Positions 29,555 through 38,147 of a DNA stretch of 64,000 bases are shown in pieces. The notes beneath the pieces are model-generated. The model saw only the letters and a list, made by a program, of their open reading frames with translations, made no database searches and was not told where the DNA came from. This DNA is from Candidatus Obscuribacteraceae bacterium. GTDB taxonomy: Bacteria > Cyanobacteriota > Vampirovibrionia > Obscuribacterales > Obscuribacteraceae. The translations under genes and the position numbers were made by a program. The stretch lies in contig JBGASG010000002.1 of the NCBI GenBank assembly GCA_044229845.1, positions 416,001 through 480,000 of the forward strand. Direction: 5' to 3'. Position 1 is the stretch's first letter. Every line of letters begins with the position of its first letter.

Positions 29555-31252
29555 TTACATACCTCCGCGTCGTCCGCCGCCCATACCACGGCCGCCCCCA
29601 CCCATGCCGGGAATGCCGCCCATTCCGCGACCGCCGCCACCACCGCCGCTGCCGTAGCCAAATTTGCCTAATTGCTCTTTATTCAAGCTCATAGCAATTC
29701 GGTCACCATCTGTGATGCCGGCGCGAATGACGGTACGATTATTGATGCTCGGTCCAACCGTGACCGGCTTCCATTCAGGTTCGCCGCTGCCGGTCTTGGG
29801 CATTACGAGCAAACCGGTTTGACCTTTGCGAGAAACAATTGCCACGGTCGGAACCAGCAGCACATCGTCTTCATGCCCGGCAATAAAGTAGGAACTGACG
29901 TTCATTCCGGAGAGCAAATCTTGCGTGCGGTCCAGCGAAGCATGGACTTCGAAGGTCGTCACATTCTGGTTGATAATCGCTTCCGGAGCAATTTGTGTGA
30001 CCACACCTTTGAAGGATTTATCGGGCATCGCATTCGGACGAATTTCGACCTTCTGTCCCAGTTTGATTTTGGCGATGTCTGATTCGGCGACCTGTGCCAC
30101 CATCTCCAATGGCGCCGATAACGCGATAATCGAACTCGATGTTGCCGACGTGGTAGCCGCCGATGTGGTCGGTGTGACAATTGCGCCTTCATCAGCATAC
30201 TTTTGAGTTACCACTCCGGAAAATGGAGCGCGCACCAGGTCGTCATCGACTTGAATCTGCAGCGCCTTCATGTTGGCCTCGGCTTGCAGCATCTGCTGCT
30301 CAGCTGACGCTATGTCCTCTTCGCGATTGCCGACGGTGACTAGATTTTGTTGTTCTTTTATGGCGCTTGCATCAGCTTCCGCTTGCCCGACCGCCACTTG
30401 CGCCTGACGCAATTCGTCCTGCGCCATCTTCAATTGCGTGTCGCTTACCACCGCTTGGGTGGCTGCGTTCAACCGATCTTGATCGGAAATAGCACCATTC
30501 TGGGCAAGAAACGTTTGCCGGTCCGCATTCACCTTGTCTCGATTGGCTGCTGCCGCCATTGATTTGATTTGCAAGGTCAAGCGAGAAACATTTTCCTTCG
30601 CTGCACTAACTGCTTTCTGCGCTTTCAAAGTTTGAAATCCGGCGGCAGCGATTTCCTGTGGACGGCTACCGCGCTTGGCCTTGTTGTAGTTGGCGACGGC
30701 GCCCAGATAAGCGGCTCGCGCGGCTTCCAATTGAGCGCGCAAATTACTGTCGTCCATCTGCGCAATCGGCTGACCAGCCTCGATGTAATCGCCTTGCTTG
30801 ACGAACATCTTCTTGATCAGTCCCGTCTGCTTCGGGCTCACCTTCACCTGGGTGGTTGGACGGATAACACCAGTGGCGGTGACACGCACGTCGACATCAC
30901 CGCGTTTGACCACAAAAGTAGACTGATATCCGTCGGCTGCAGATGCCTGTTGCTGCTGCCACACTGTGTATCCGATGGCTGAGATGGCGACGACTAACGC
31001 CAACCCAGTCACTGCCCACGCCCAGCGGGGAAACTTCTTGAAAGCGATCATCTTCGGCATCTTCAGCTGCGGCACAGCTTGCAGTCTCTCGGCTACTTTT
31101 ATTTGCATCATTGCTTGGGCATCCTGCGCATACAAAGGAAGCGGACGGCGACTACTCGCCCATCCTGGGTCTATCGACGCCGCGATCGCCGCTATGTTTC
31201 TGCCTGGTGCAGCTTTCATGAAAATCGCCGGCGACGCTGATTGCCTCGTCAT
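29555..31252 (-). CDS. Periplasmic adaptor (MacA-like) with Gly/Arg/Met-rich C-terminal tail
   Basis: TM, VKQGD.I.AGQ.IA, coiled coil, VRAPFSGVV. Start is uncertain. Confidence 0.9.
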   Translation of the reverse strand: MTRQSASPAIFMKAAPGRNIAAIAASIDPGWASSRRPLPLYAQDAQAMMQIKVAERLQAVPQLKMPKMIAFKKFPRWAWAVTGLALVVAISAIGYTVWQQQQASAADGYQSTFVVKRGDVDVRVTATGVIRPTTQVKVSPKQTGLIKKMFVKQGDYIEAGQPIAQMDDSNLRAQLEAARAAYLGAVANYNKAKRGSRPQEIAAAGFQTLKAQKAVSAAKENVSRLTLQIKSMAAAANRDKVNADRQTFLAQNGAISDQDRLNAATQAVVSDTQLKMAQDELRQAQVAVGQAEADASAIKEQQNLVTVGNREEDIASAEQQMLQAEANMKALQIQVDDDLVRAPFSGVVTQKYADEGAIVTPTTSAATTSATSSSIIALSAPLEMVAQVAESDIAKIKLGQKVEIRPNAMPDKSFKGVVTQIAPEAIINQNVTTFEVHASLDRTQDLLSGMNVSSYFIAGHEDDVLLVPTVAIVSRKGQTGLLVMPKTGSGEPEWKPVTVGPSINNRTVIRAGITDGDRIAMSLNKEQLGKFGYGSGGGGGGRGMGGIPGMGGGGRGMGGGRRGGM

Positions 31253-31330
31253 GTTCCCACACCGTCAAGCGCTCACTTGTCAGCCGGTTCTCAAGCTCAC
31301 ACTGGCAGCCGAAGCCCTCTACCGATCAGC

Positions 31331-31399
31331 AAATACTCAAGTGATATCACTTGGGCATTTCAGTTCTTTGCGCCCACGTGATATCACTTGGGCATTTCA
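31331..31399. repeat. Two tandem copies of a ~30-bp palindromic element (core GTGATATCAC)
   Basis: CAAGTGATATCACTTG is a perfect palindrome at 31338-31353. Exact 22-nt direct repeat at 31341-31362 and 31378-31399. Confidence 0.9.
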
Positions 31400-31451
31400 A
31401 GAGTAGCGCAATGCCGTAAAATCGAACCGTCTCATATAGGTGGGAAACCAA

Positions 31452-32096
31452 ATGGAAATGGACGCCAAGGCGTGGGATGAGCGTTATGTGACTGGCACAC
31501 GGGAGTCGCTGCCGTGGGACACAGGTGAACCTGCTCCTGAGTTGGTGGCGTACTTCAAGACTCTCGATGGCGCACCATCGAGGGTTCTCGAAATCGGTTG
31601 CGGCACTGGCACCAACGCCATCTGGATGGCTAAGCAAGGCGCCGACGTGATCGCCACTGATGTTTCTGCGCAGGCAGTAGCCACCGCCAATGAGAAAGCC
31701 CAAAAGGCAGACTGCGCAAGAGTTCAGTTTGTCGTCGAAGACATTTTGGTGAAGTGCCCTGTGGCGGCCGCCTCAGTCGACTTTGTTTTCGATCGCGGCG
31801 TTTTTCATGTGATGGAAGTAAGCGCGAGAAGTGCGTTTGCCCAACGCGTTGCGGAAGCCCTGGCAGACGGAGGCTTCTGGCTCTGTCTGGCGGGCTGCGC
31901 GGATGAAGTACGGGAGAACCTTAACGAAGGTCCGCCTCAACTCAAGGCGCAGGAGGTAATTGATGTAGTGGAAAAGCACTTCGAGATTCATAAACTTGAG
32001 CGAGCTACATTCATAATTCCGAACGGTAAGCAGTACCTCTGTTGGATCGTGCTGATGCGCAAACGTCCGGAGGCAACGAGATCAAAGTTTGAGTAA
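31452..32096 (+). CDS. Class I SAM-dependent methyltransferase (TPMT/thiol methyltransferase-like)
   Basis: W.ERY....LPWD, VLEIGCGTG, DFVFDRGVFH. Confidence 0.9.
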   Translation: MEMDAKAWDERYVTGTRESLPWDTGEPAPELVAYFKTLDGAPSRVLEIGCGTGTNAIWMAKQGADVIATDVSAQAVATANEKAQKADCARVQFVVEDILVKCPVAAASVDFVFDRGVFHVMEVSARSAFAQRVAEALADGGFWLCLAGCADEVRENLNEGPPQLKAQEVIDVVEKHFEIHKLERATFIIPNGKQYLCWIVLMRKRPEATRSKFE

Positions 32097-32116
32097 CTGG
32101 CTGACGGAGAAAACTG

Positions 32117-33094
32117 ATGAAACTTGCCCCTGGAGATCTCGAAAAACGTGTGATCGGGCTGCTCGAAGAGAGAGGATTCGCCGCTGAGGACGCCCGGATC
32201 ATCAGCAAGCCAATCATGTGGGCGGTTCTGCATGGCAACAATCAAGGATTGCTCAAGTTCGTCGGGGAGCCGGCGTTGAAAAAAGACCTGACGCAGCGTC
32301 CGATTAGCATTCTCAAGGAAACAGCCTGCAGCGCGTGGTTCGATGGTGGCGAGCGCAACGCCATGATCGTAGTACAAGTATTGGTCGATAAAGCAAAGCA
32401 GTTGCTCAGGCGAAGCGGTGTCGTCGCGGTTGGCAATCGCGGCACGCAGTCCAGTTGCGGCGCACTTGCATATTTTACGGAGCAATTAGCGAACGACGGC
32501 TACATCGCGGTTATGCTTTGCCGTACTCCGCCGACGGTGGCACCGTATGGAACCGTTGAGCCGCTTTTCGGAACAAATCCCATAAGCATCAGTTTTCCGA
32601 CTGAGACCCAGCCCATTACATTCGATATGGCTACCGCTGCAATTGCGTGGTATGGACTGATTGAGGCCTCCGCCGCCGGCGAAGAAGTAGACTCCACCGC
32701 AGTGATCGATGCGTTGGGCAAGCCGACGTCCGATCCCGACATCGTGCTTGAAGATGGCATGGTTCTGCCGTTTGACCGCGGTCATAAGGGATCGGGATTG
32801 GGCATGGCTGTGGAACTGATCGGTGGTCCCCTGCTCGGAGGAGCATTTTGCGAGAACAAAGGTGACTGGGGCAATATTTTGTTTGCAGTAGATCCCGATG
32901 CGTTCGCGGGAAAAGACCACTTCAAGAAGGCGTGCAGCGCCATGGTCGAACGCATCAAAGGCGCAAAGACCAGCGCTAAAGAAGGAATAGTGCGATTGCC
33001 TGGCGATCGATCTTCAGCGTTTTACAAGAACTGCCAGCAGTCAGATATCATCGAAGTTCCCGAGTATGTGGCAAAGAAGCTCGGATGGAACTAG
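32117..33094 (+). CDS. Ldh_2 family (type 2 malate/L-lactate dehydrogenase-like) oxidoreductase
   Basis: FGTNPIS, FDMAT, GHKGSGL...VEL, VRLPG. Confidence 0.88.
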   Translation: MKLAPGDLEKRVIGLLEERGFAAEDARIISKPIMWAVLHGNNQGLLKFVGEPALKKDLTQRPISILKETACSAWFDGGERNAMIVVQVLVDKAKQLLRRSGVVAVGNRGTQSSCGALAYFTEQLANDGYIAVMLCRTPPTVAPYGTVEPLFGTNPISISFPTETQPITFDMATAAIAWYGLIEASAAGEEVDSTAVIDALGKPTSDPDIVLEDGMVLPFDRGHKGSGLGMAVELIGGPLLGGAFCENKGDWGNILFAVDPDAFAGKDHFKKACSAMVERIKGAKTSAKEGIVRLPGDRSSAFYKNCQQSDIIEVPEYVAKKLGWN

Positions 33095-33150
33095 GCAAGG
33101 TCGGATGAACTAGGCAAGGTCGGATGAACTAGGCAAGGTCGGATGAACTA
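33088..33150. repeat. Tandem repeat, 19-bp unit GAACTAGGCAAGGTCGGAT x3 plus partial copy
   Basis: Exact copies at 33088, 33107 and 33126, then GAACTA at 33145-33150. Confidence 0.97.
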
Positions 33151-34212
33151 CAAGACTTCAGCAAGATTAAGAAAAGCCGACTTCAACTCCTCCACAGTTT
33201 GATACCGTTTGCGGGGATCGGGCTCCAGCGTGCGAGCCACCATCATCTCAAGTTGGTGCGAAAACGTCAGTCCTGCGCGCACAGATTGGAGGGAGGGAGC
33301 CCGTTGCGAGATTCGCTGGTACATCGTCTCCATCGCGTTCTTGCCCTTCAAGGGAGTCACTCCCGTCAACGTTTCGAACAGCATGCAACCCAGCGCATAG
33401 ACCTCCGAGCGGCAATCGGCTTCTTCGCCATTGAACTGTTCCGGGCTCATGTAGAGAGGGCTACCAAATATTTCGCCCGGCTGAGTGAGGTGCTGCACGA
33501 GCGTTATCTGTTCGGAATTCCAGGTCTGTCCGGTCGCCAGTGTCTTCAATGTGGAGGCGCTGGTCGGACAAATTTCTCCGGTCGTTTTGCATACCCGTGC
33601 AATTCCAAAGTCCACAATCTTGGCACGCTCACAGTCGTTGTCCACGAGCATAATGTTGCTCGGCTTGATATCGCGATGAACGACGTTGGCTGCGTGAGCA
33701 TAGCTCAATCCGGATAAAACTCCCAAGAACACAGACCTGCAATTGGAAAACGACAGCGTCCCCCGCTCTTGAAGAAGATCGGATAAACTCTCCCCCTCCA
33801 GATATTCCATGACAATATAGGGTTCTTTGGTCTTCGTGAAACCAAAGTCAATAACTGCCACCACGTTCGGGTGCCTTAGACCCAGTGCTACTTGTGCTTC
33901 TCGTTCGAACCGCTGACGGTTGACCTCGTTGTCGCGCATGTTGTTGTGCATCAACTTGACTGCACACGATTCTTGAGTTTGCTGATCCAGCGCTTTGAAC
34001 ACTCTGCCCATGCCACCTTCGCCGACCGCCTCAAGGAGTCTGTATCGATCGCCTAAGGTGCTCCCGGGCTTGATGGTGTGAAGGGCAGGCAGATTAAGTG
34101 CCGGCGCGGCATTCGCGGCGGGCTGTCCTTTCTCGTCCCCGGACTTGGTGATGACGGTCCTGTCGAGTGTGCCGGCATGATCGCCCACATCAGGCCCTCC
34201 ATTGAAGTCCAT
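33148..34212 (-). CDS. Hanks-type Ser/Thr protein kinase (kinase domain only)
   Basis: GEGGMG.V, AVK, HRDIKPSN, DFG, GSPLYMSPEQ; GAGGAG RBS before ATG 34212. Confidence 0.95.
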   Translation of the reverse strand: MDFNGGPDVGDHAGTLDRTVITKSGDEKGQPAANAAPALNLPALHTIKPGSTLGDRYRLLEAVGEGGMGRVFKALDQQTQESCAVKLMHNNMRDNEVNRQRFEREAQVALGLRHPNVVAVIDFGFTKTKEPYIVMEYLEGESLSDLLQERGTLSFSNCRSVFLGVLSGLSYAHAANVVHRDIKPSNIMLVDNDCERAKIVDFGIARVCKTTGEICPTSASTLKTLATGQTWNSEQITLVQHLTQPGEIFGSPLYMSPEQFNGEEADCRSEVYALGCMLFETLTGVTPLKGKNAMETMYQRISQRAPSLQSVRAGLTFSHQLEMMVARTLEPDPRKRYQTVEELKSAFLNLAEVL

Positions 34213-34346
34213 ATCACTCTCCTCGCCAAGATACTCAATACAGGAGGATCGCATCGCAGGCGTGTCAAATTTGTGTAGTCCCAGGTAGGGTTCCCCAAAA
34301 CCGTTACGAAAAGATGAGATGGCTGCCCGGGTGGGCGCTTGCTTGG

Positions 34347-35687
34347 CTAGTGAATATGGATGTTCGCGGTTTTGCGATACTCTTCCATTTTTTCCCAGTC
34401 GAGAGTCACCTCGGGTTTGTTCTTGACCAGCTCGTTCCAGGTGACATGCGGGCGTCCGGTGTCAACTTCGGTCATGATGATGCAATCATCGACCGGGCAC
34501 ACGCTGGCGCACAGTGCGCAGCCGACACAATCTTCTTCGCGGACAACCGGCTGAAGCCGTTCGGCAGGATTGCCGTTCCACTGCATTGACTTGAGATCGA
34601 TGCACTGGTGCGCCGCGTCGTTGCAGGCGATGTAGCAGAGATTGCAGTGAATGCACTTGTCCGGGTTGATGCGAGCAACGGTCTGGAAGCCGAGATCGAA
34701 GTCGCCAAATCCTGAGACGCGCGGCACCGCTTTGCCGATGAAGTCTTTGGGGGTTTTGAACCCCTTCTCGTCCATCCAGTTTTCCATACCCTCGATCATG
34801 TCATCTACGATACGGAAGCCCCAGTGCATAACGGCGGTACAGACCTGAACGGAGGTAGACCCAAGCAGCATGAATTCCACTGCATCGCGCCAGGTTTCGA
34901 TACCACCGATGCCGGAGATCGGCAGCCCCGCTTTTTGCACTTCCAGATCGGCCGCGACGGCGCTCACCATATGCAGTGCAATCGGCTTGACCGCCTGACC
35001 GGCATAACCACCGTGTCCGCCTTTGCCGCCGACGTTCGGCTTCAGCGTAAAGTCATCGAGGTCGACACCCATGATGCTGTTGATGGTGTTGATCAGTGAC
35101 AGACCGTTAGCCCGCCCTTTGACGGCGGCGCGCGCCGGCACCACAATGTCAGTGATGTTCGGAGTCAATTTGACGATCACCGGCTTGGTGGCAACATCCA
35201 TCACCCATTCGGTGACCATGCATGTGTACTCGGGCACCTGTCCCATCGCCGATCCCATGCCGCGTTCCGACATGCCGTGCGGACAACCGAAGTTCAACTC
35301 GAAGCCGTCTGCTCCGGTCTCTTCCACACGCTTGACGATGTCTTGCCAGGCTTCTTTTTTAGACTCCACCATCACCGAAACGATAACAGCGTGATTCGGG
35401 AAGTTCCGTTTGACTTCAGCGATTTCTCGCAAGTTGAGATCGATCGGTCGATCGCTGATCAATTCAACGTTGTTCAATCCGATGATCTTCGAACCTTTGT
35501 AGTCGATGGTGCCGTAGCGGTTACATACGTTCAACACCGGCGCGCCGATGGTCTTCCACACGGCACCGCCCCAACCCTGGTCGAAAGCCTTCTGGACCTG
35601 ATACGCGGAATTCGCGGGCGGAGCCGATGCCAGCCAGAAAGGGTTGGGAGATTTGATACCGCAAAAGTCAATTTCAAGATTTGCCAT
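34347..35687 (-). CDS. preA: NAD-dependent dihydropyrimidine dehydrogenase subunit PreA
   Basis: SPNPFWLASAPP, ELNFGCPHGMSERGMG, C-terminal 2x4Fe-4S motifs. Confidence 0.96.
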   Translation of the reverse strand: MANLEIDFCGIKSPNPFWLASAPPANSAYQVQKAFDQGWGGAVWKTIGAPVLNVCNRYGTIDYKGSKIIGLNNVELISDRPIDLNLREIAEVKRNFPNHAVIVSVMVESKKEAWQDIVKRVEETGADGFELNFGCPHGMSERGMGSAMGQVPEYTCMVTEWVMDVATKPVIVKLTPNITDIVVPARAAVKGRANGLSLINTINSIMGVDLDDFTLKPNVGGKGGHGGYAGQAVKPIALHMVSAVAADLEVQKAGLPISGIGGIETWRDAVEFMLLGSTSVQVCTAVMHWGFRIVDDMIEGMENWMDEKGFKTPKDFIGKAVPRVSGFGDFDLGFQTVARINPDKCIHCNLCYIACNDAAHQCIDLKSMQWNGNPAERLQPVVREEDCVGCALCASVCPVDDCIIMTEVDTGRPHVTWNELVKNKPEVTLDWEKMEEYRKTANIHIH

Positions 35688-35708
35688 TTTCTTCGTTCCT
35701 TTTCTGGC

Positions 35709-37121
35709 TTACTTAGCCGGCGTCAAGACTGGTTGCAAGCGATCTTCATTCGGCGACGGTGAGCCGAGCAGCGCTCTATGAATCGAGGCGGCGGCGATTT
35801 TGCCGTCTTGCACTGCCATCACAGTCGAGGCTTCACCCTTGCTGCGTACACAATCGCCGCCGGCCCAGATTTTGGCGTGGGCGGTTTTGCAGCCGGCATC
35901 CACATCAAGATAGCCTTTGGTGGTTGTGATGCCGTATTGCTTCAAACGTTCGATAGCGTCGCTGAATTTCTTCTGTCCGATGGCTTTGATCACTTGATCG
36001 CAAGGCAGCACGAATTCAGAATTGGGGACGGGAACCGGCGACCGGCGTCCCGAGGCATCCGGCTCGCCGAGGTCCATGCGAATGCACTTCAGACCTTCGA
36101 CCTTGCCGTTACCGACGACTTCCACCGGCTGAGTCAAGAACGAGAAGCTCACACCTTCACCCAACGCGAACTCATACTCGAAGTGGTATGCCGGCATCTC
36201 AGCTTCGGAGCGGCGATAAACCATCGTCACGCGATCCGCGCCCAGTCGGCGAGCAATTGTAGCGCAGTCGATGGCGGTGTTGCCGGCGCCGATGATGCAC
36301 ACACGCTGTCCGTACTTTATCTGGTCGAGCGGCATCACTTTCGTTTCTTCGATGAATACCAGGCCGTCCACGACACCCGGCAGGTCTTCTCCCGGAATTT
36401 CCATGTCGGGAACAGCGCCCAGACCCATGGCCACGAAAACTGCATCGTAAGCGTCGACGATTTCTTCGAACATGATGTCTTTGCCGACTGTCATGTTTGT
36501 TTTGATTTTGACGCCCAGCTCCTCAATCAGTTTCACTTCGGCAAGACTGACTTCCACGGGCTCGCGGAAGACCACGATGCCGTAAGTGCTCAGTCCGCCT
36601 GCCATGTCTTTGCGCTCGATGACAGTTACGTCAAAGCCCAACTTAGCCAGTTCGCCGGCGCAAGACAATCCGGCGGGACCGGCTCCGATAACCGCAACCT
36701 TCTTGCCATTCGGTTTGCCTTGCTGGAAGAACTTCAGTTTCTTGTCGGCCGCATAATCCATGGCGTATCGCTGCAAGCGGCCAATCATGATCGGCTTTTC
36801 CATGTCGTGTTTGACGACGCAGGCACCTTCGCAGAGTTCTTCGACCGGACAGACACGGGCGCAGGTGGCAGCCATCAAGTTCGATTCGAGAATGGTTTTC
36901 GCCGAACCCTTGACGTTGCCAGTGGATATTTTGCGAATAAAGGTCGGAATATCGATGTGTGTCGGGCACGCCACCATGCACGGTGCATCATGGCAGTAGA
37001 GACAGCGATTTGCCTCGACGGTTGCTTCGCGCTCGCTCAACGGCGCGTAATACTCTTTGAAGCGCTCTTCAAGAGTCAGTTCCCACGGTTTGTAGTGAAC
37101 CGGTTTGAAATGCTCGGCCAT
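35709..37121 (-). CDS. preT: Dihydropyrimidine dehydrogenase subunit PreT (GltD-like)
   Basis: RCLYCHDAPC..ACP, CARVCP, GAGPAG, GAGNTAID; adjacent to preA. Confidence 0.93.
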   Translation of the reverse strand: MAEHFKPVHYKPWELTLEERFKEYYAPLSEREATVEANRCLYCHDAPCMVACPTHIDIPTFIRKISTGNVKGSAKTILESNLMAATCARVCPVEELCEGACVVKHDMEKPIMIGRLQRYAMDYAADKKLKFFQQGKPNGKKVAVIGAGPAGLSCAGELAKLGFDVTVIERKDMAGGLSTYGIVVFREPVEVSLAEVKLIEELGVKIKTNMTVGKDIMFEEIVDAYDAVFVAMGLGAVPDMEIPGEDLPGVVDGLVFIEETKVMPLDQIKYGQRVCIIGAGNTAIDCATIARRLGADRVTMVYRRSEAEMPAYHFEYEFALGEGVSFSFLTQPVEVVGNGKVEGLKCIRMDLGEPDASGRRSPVPVPNSEFVLPCDQVIKAIGQKKFSDAIERLKQYGITTTKGYLDVDAGCKTAHAKIWAGGDCVRSKGEASTVMAVQDGKIAAASIHRALLGSPSPNEDRLQPVLTPAK

Positions 37122-37145
37122 TAACGTTTCCTCTTTGGCTCAATA

Positions 37146-37199
37146 AAGAAGAGAAGCAAAATGGGGCGAGGGTTACTTTTGAGTGGGTACCCTCGCCCC
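37146..37199 (-). terminator. Intra-operon GC-rich hairpin with U-rich tail between ureidopropionase and preT
   Basis: 11-bp stem GGGGCGAGGGT/ACCCTCGCCCC (37163-37173, 37189-37199), followed on the minus strand by ATTTTGCTTCTCTTCTTT. Confidence 0.6.
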
Positions 37200-37213
37200 C
37201 TGAACTTTCGAAT

Positions 37214-38101
37214 TTAGAGTCTTACAAGTTGATCGTAAGTCTCTGGTCGGCGGTCACGGTAGAACTGCCAGGTGTTGCGGACTTCGGAGATCTCGTCGAG
37301 ATCCAGATCCGCCACCAGCAGCTCTTCTTTGTCGCGGCTGGCCTGTGCCACCAGTTTGCCGCGCGGATTGCAGAAATAGCTGGAGCCGTAAAACTCGCCG
37401 ATACCCCAGGGCGCTTCAGTGCCGATGCGGTTGATGGCACCGATGAAATAACCGTTGGCAGCGGCGTGCGCCGGCTGTTCCAGTTGCCAGAGATACTCGG
37501 AAAGACCGGCTACGGTCGCCGAAGGATTGAAGACAATTTCCGCTCCGTTCAGTCCCAGGGCACGCGCTCCTTCCGGGAAGTGGCGGTCATAGCAGATGTA
37601 GACGCCGACTTTGGCATAGCGAGTTTCGAAAACCGGATAACCGAGATTGCCTGGACGGAAGTAGAACTTCTCCCAGAAACCGGGGTTAACTTGCGGGATG
37701 TGGCTCTTCCTGTACTTGCCGAGGTATTTGCCGTCGGCATCGATGACAGCGGCGGTGTTGTAGTAGACGCCGGTCTGTTCCTTTTCATACATAGGAACGA
37801 TCAATACCATGCTGTACTTCTTAGCCAGCTCTTCCATTTTCTTGACGGTGGGACCGTTGGGAATTTCTTCCGCCAGGTCATACCAGCAAGGATTCTGTTC
37901 GGCGCAGAAGTACGGTCCGTTGAACAACTCTTGGAAGCAAAGGATCTGCACGCCCTTCTCAGATGCTTCCTTCACGTACTTTTCGTGCTTCGCGAGCATG
38001 GCGTCCGCGATCTTCTTGATGGTGGTTTTGTCGGTTCCACCGGCCGGGCTGACGACTTCGTTCTTCGCTTGAATCAAGCCGCAACGAATATTATTTGCCA
38101 T
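37214..38101 (-). CDS. Beta-ureidopropionase (nitrilase superfamily)
   Basis: CFQELF, YRKSHIP, FWEKFYF, ICYDRHFPEG, NPSAT; pyrimidine operon context; AAGGAG RBS. Confidence 0.9.
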   Translation of the reverse strand: MANNIRCGLIQAKNEVVSPAGGTDKTTIKKIADAMLAKHEKYVKEASEKGVQILCFQELFNGPYFCAEQNPCWYDLAEEIPNGPTVKKMEELAKKYSMVLIVPMYEKEQTGVYYNTAAVIDADGKYLGKYRKSHIPQVNPGFWEKFYFRPGNLGYPVFETRYAKVGVYICYDRHFPEGARALGLNGAEIVFNPSATVAGLSEYLWQLEQPAHAAANGYFIGAINRIGTEAPWGIGEFYGSSYFCNPRGKLVAQASRDKEELLVADLDLDEISEVRNTWQFYRDRRPETYDQLVRL

Positions 38102-38147
38102 GTTGTGCCTTTCTCCTTGAACACATTTATTGGTCTGAGTAGATTGA

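Noticed and set aside
31331..31399. Palindromic direct repeats as a mini-CRISPR
   Set aside because: Only two adjacent copies with a 37-bp period, leaving no spacer-sized gap; no cas genes in the window.
33088..33150. 19-bp repeats as a CRISPR array
   Set aside because: Head-to-tail units with no spacers.
35778..37124. Long antisense ORFs (this one, and e.g. 13907-15253, 37229-38176, 52872-54032, 55476-56699)
   Set aside because: They mirror well-supported genes on the other strand, have no motifs, and are expected from codon bias in GC-rich DNA.
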